DNA of 64,000 bases from positions 192,001-256,000 of the forward strand of contig JBMNJG010000012.1 of the NCBI GenBank assembly GCA_050951545.1. Reading direction: 5' to 3'. This DNA is from Limnochordia bacterium. GTDB lineage: Bacteria; Bacillota; Limnochordia; DTU080. The first letter of the stretch is position 1. Every line of letters starts with the position of its first letter. The notes beneath the pieces are model-generated. The model was not told the DNA's origin, searched no databases, and was given only the letters and a program-made list of their open reading frames with translations. Below are positions 61,673-64,000 of the stretch, piece after piece. The translations under genes and the position numbers were made by a program.

Positions 61673-62912
61673 TCACTTCTGTCTGGCCCAGTACTCATCT
61701 AGCTGAGCGTTCGCCAAGCGAGCCAGTTCGGGGACTCCGTTGGCAGCAGGTAGACGGCCGGAGCTGATTTCCCGCCAGGGGGCCATCGACTCGAAGACAA
61801 TACCAGCAGGGTGCGCCCACTGGCTGTTTTTCCAGTAGCTTAGCATGTCAGTAAAGGCACGCAGATTCGCGGGTTGCTTGGCGTTGAGGAATGCCCGAAC
61901 TGCTACGCTGGGCTGGGTAGGGAACCACTGCTCCAAGCTTACCAAACTGCATCATCTGCTGCTTCTGCAACAGGAAACTTAGAAACCGCTTGGCTTCTTG
62001 AGGATGCTTCGTGTAGGCGCAGATGCCCCAAGTCTCTGGGCTAAAATAGGCGGACCGATAGGATTTCCCATCGACCACGAGCTTCGGATACATGATCACG
62101 TCCCAGTCAAAGGAGACCGTATCTCGCCAGATGGGCAGATCAAATACTCCACGGTTTCCCATCGCCAGTTGACCATTCAGTAGGGCTGGTTGGTTGTTGG
62201 TAGCCATTGAGTTATTCTGTGCCACGCCAGACGTACCGTTGAGCAGATCAGCGATCACCTGCATGCCCTTGATTGTGGCAGGGTTGTTGATCATGACTTC
62301 GCGCCCATCGGGACTGAATACGTCACCACCGTAGGTGATCGCATGCAAGCGATCGATTAGGGTAAGCCCCCACTGGTCGATTTCGCCGTCCCCATCTTTG
62401 TCTTTCGTCAACTGCTTGGCCATAGACACAGCTGTGTCCCAGTCCCAATCCCGTGGCATAACGAGTCCTGACTCTGCCAAGAGATCCTTGTTGTAGAAGA
62501 TCGTGTGGACATTCACCCCAAAGGGTACGGCGATAATGTTACCTTTCCAGCGGAAAGCTTCCCTCATTATGGGCAGAATCTCCTGGAAGGCGGGGTCACT
62601 CTCGTAAAGGTCATCTACCGGGAGAAGGAAGTCAGCAAAACGCCACACAGCAATCCCCGACCAGAAAACGTCGGGTGCGGCTCCAGCGGCTACAGCAGTC
62701 TGCAATACAGTGTTGTAAGAACCCGCCGGAAACACGTTCTTGATCTGGATGTCTGGGTTCTGCTCCTCAAACTCTGTCGCCCATGCGTTGAATATGTCGA
62801 GACGTTCCTGTTGATGGCAGCAATGGTACCATACGAGTTCGACTTTCTGGCCGACGGCCACACCTGATACTAGCAACACCAGCAACGCTGCTACTATTGA
62901 CCGCTTCATCAT
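61673..62912 (-). CDS. ABC transporter sugar-binding protein (family 1), split by one +1 frameshift
   Basis: Signal peptide, FEEQNPDI, AGAAPDV, FYNKDL, DWDWD, DKDGDGEIDQW, TKHPQEA. Removing one base at 61920-61922 joins ORFs 61848..62912 and 61673..61945 (LGAVVPTQPSVA...). Confidence 0.85.
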
Positions 62913-62975
62913 GCACCCCTCTTCGTTTTTTTCGTCAACGATCTCCTGGTTCAGTGCTTTGGCTTGTGCATTCAG

Positions 62976-64000
62976 TCATGGTAACTTGGCGGGGGGCCAG
63001 TCTGGCGCTTGGCCGTCTTGAACTAACGAACCAAAGACCAGACTTGCCGCACCGATGATGCCAGCGTTTCTGCCGAATGAACTCAAACGGGTCTCCACTC
63101 CATGCAGTCGACCGACGAAGGTATTTCCATCGAGGTATTCCTTGATGATCTGAAGAGTCCCCGGTGCCTCGAACATGGGTCCCACAAGAATGATGGCCTC
63201 GGGCTCCAATACGTCGACTATCGGCGCACAGGCGGTGGCGACAGTGTGCGCTGCACTTGTGAAAACAGACGTCAGAAACTGATCCCCTTCCCCTGCAAGC
63301 GCTGCAGCGGAGAAAAGATCCGGAATACCGTTCCCGATCCGCTGCAGTAGTGTACGGCGGCTTACGAAAGCCTCTAAGCAACCTCGTTTGCCGCAGCTGC
63401 ATAGCGGACCATCTGGGCTGACTTGAACATGCCCCATGGCGCCAGCATGACCCTGACCTTGATGAATATACCCCCCCAATACTACAGCTGAGCTCACACC
63501 GTGATGCGCATGTACCAGGAGGAAATTCCTGTGCTTGCCCCCAAACCAACGTTCTGCCACCGCCATGGCTCGAGCCTTGGTCGCCATGTCTACTGGTTTC
63601 GGGAAAGAACGAGATAGCATCGAAGCAGTAGCTATGGGAATGGTAGTGATACGGCCTCCCGAGGTTTGGTAGCGGAATTCAATCCCCCACTCTGTGTCGG
63701 AAGCACCTATGGTAGCTAGGCCCGCTCCAAGCACCTTCTTCAACTCGATACCTGTCGCAGCCAAAAGGCGCGTAATTGATCCGCCAACCGCTTGCATGGT
63801 CTGTTCGGTGCTATCTGAAACCGCAAATTGCTCGTTGGCAATCAGCCTGCCCCTGAAATCGACCAGACCGACTTCGACTTCATTGCGCATGCTGTGTATA
63901 CCCACGGCATAGGCGCCATCTGGCGCAATGCCCAGGAGCCGAGATCTGCGACCCGGTCCGATCTGTCCGTCATCTTCACCCGTCTCGCGTATCAGCCCCG
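62976..64000 (-). CDS. ROK-family transcriptional regulator (5' partial)
   Basis: Frame is open to the window edge (GLIRE...GPGRR...AYAVG); G..G.AG.MGH, CSCGKRGCLE, AGIIGAA motifs. Confidence 0.9.
   Translation of the reverse strand, partial: GLIRETGEDDGQIGPGRRSRLLGIAPDGAYAVGIHSMRNEVEVGLVDFRGRLIANEQFAVSDSTEQTMQAVGGSITRLLAATGIELKKVLGAGLATIGASDTEWGIEFRYQTSGGRITTIPIATASMLSRSFPKPVDMATKARAMAVAERWFGGKHRNFLLVHAHHGVSSAVVLGGYIHQGQGHAGAMGHVQVSPDGPLCSCGKRGCLEAFVSRRTLLQRIGNGIPDLFSAAALAGEGDQFLTSVFTSAAHTVATACAPIVDVLEPEAIILVGPMFEAPGTLQIIKEYLDGNTFVGRLHGVETRLSSFGRNAGIIGAASLVFGSLVQDGQAPDWPPAKLP

Overview
Core chromosomal segment of a moderately GC-rich Bacillota (Firmicutes) bacterium. It is probably an anaerobic spore-former, and the Limnochordia/Clostridia-like placement is only an inference from gene content and regulatory signals. 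In window order it holds: a partial Spo0A-like regulator; the yloB(Ca-ATPase)-yicC-mIHF-remA-gmk-rpoZ-priA-def-fmt-yugP block; rqcH; a ~19 kb co-directional pyrimidine+purine cluster (pyrR,B,C',F,carA,pyrK,D,E,DUF58,purE,B,L,F,M,N,H,D) with a PyrR attenuator and PurBoxes; rluD, lspA, yteA-like and hemL; ileS with an Ile T-box; comA and a GGR-family reductase; CIRCE-groES-groEL; two tRNA-Leu genes; a CadC/SmtB regulator and a frameshifted CadA with a perfect 30-bp operator; mgsA-coaE-mutM-polA; envelope genes; and a ROK/sugar-binding locus. I saw no CRISPR array, transposase or integrase. There are two main signals. (1) Every glutaminase module of de novo nucleotide synthesis in this cluster is dead, altered or absent: CarA has lost its whole Cys-His-Glu triad, PurF has altered glutamine-site residues, and small PurL has no purQ/purS. 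PyrC is also a pseudo-enzyme. This suggests nucleotide synthesis fed directly by ammonia/CO2. (2) An unrecognised ~47-bp element occurs four times in intergenic regions, always in the sense orientation of the downstream gene. All motif comparisons were made by eye from recalled family consensus; no searches were run.
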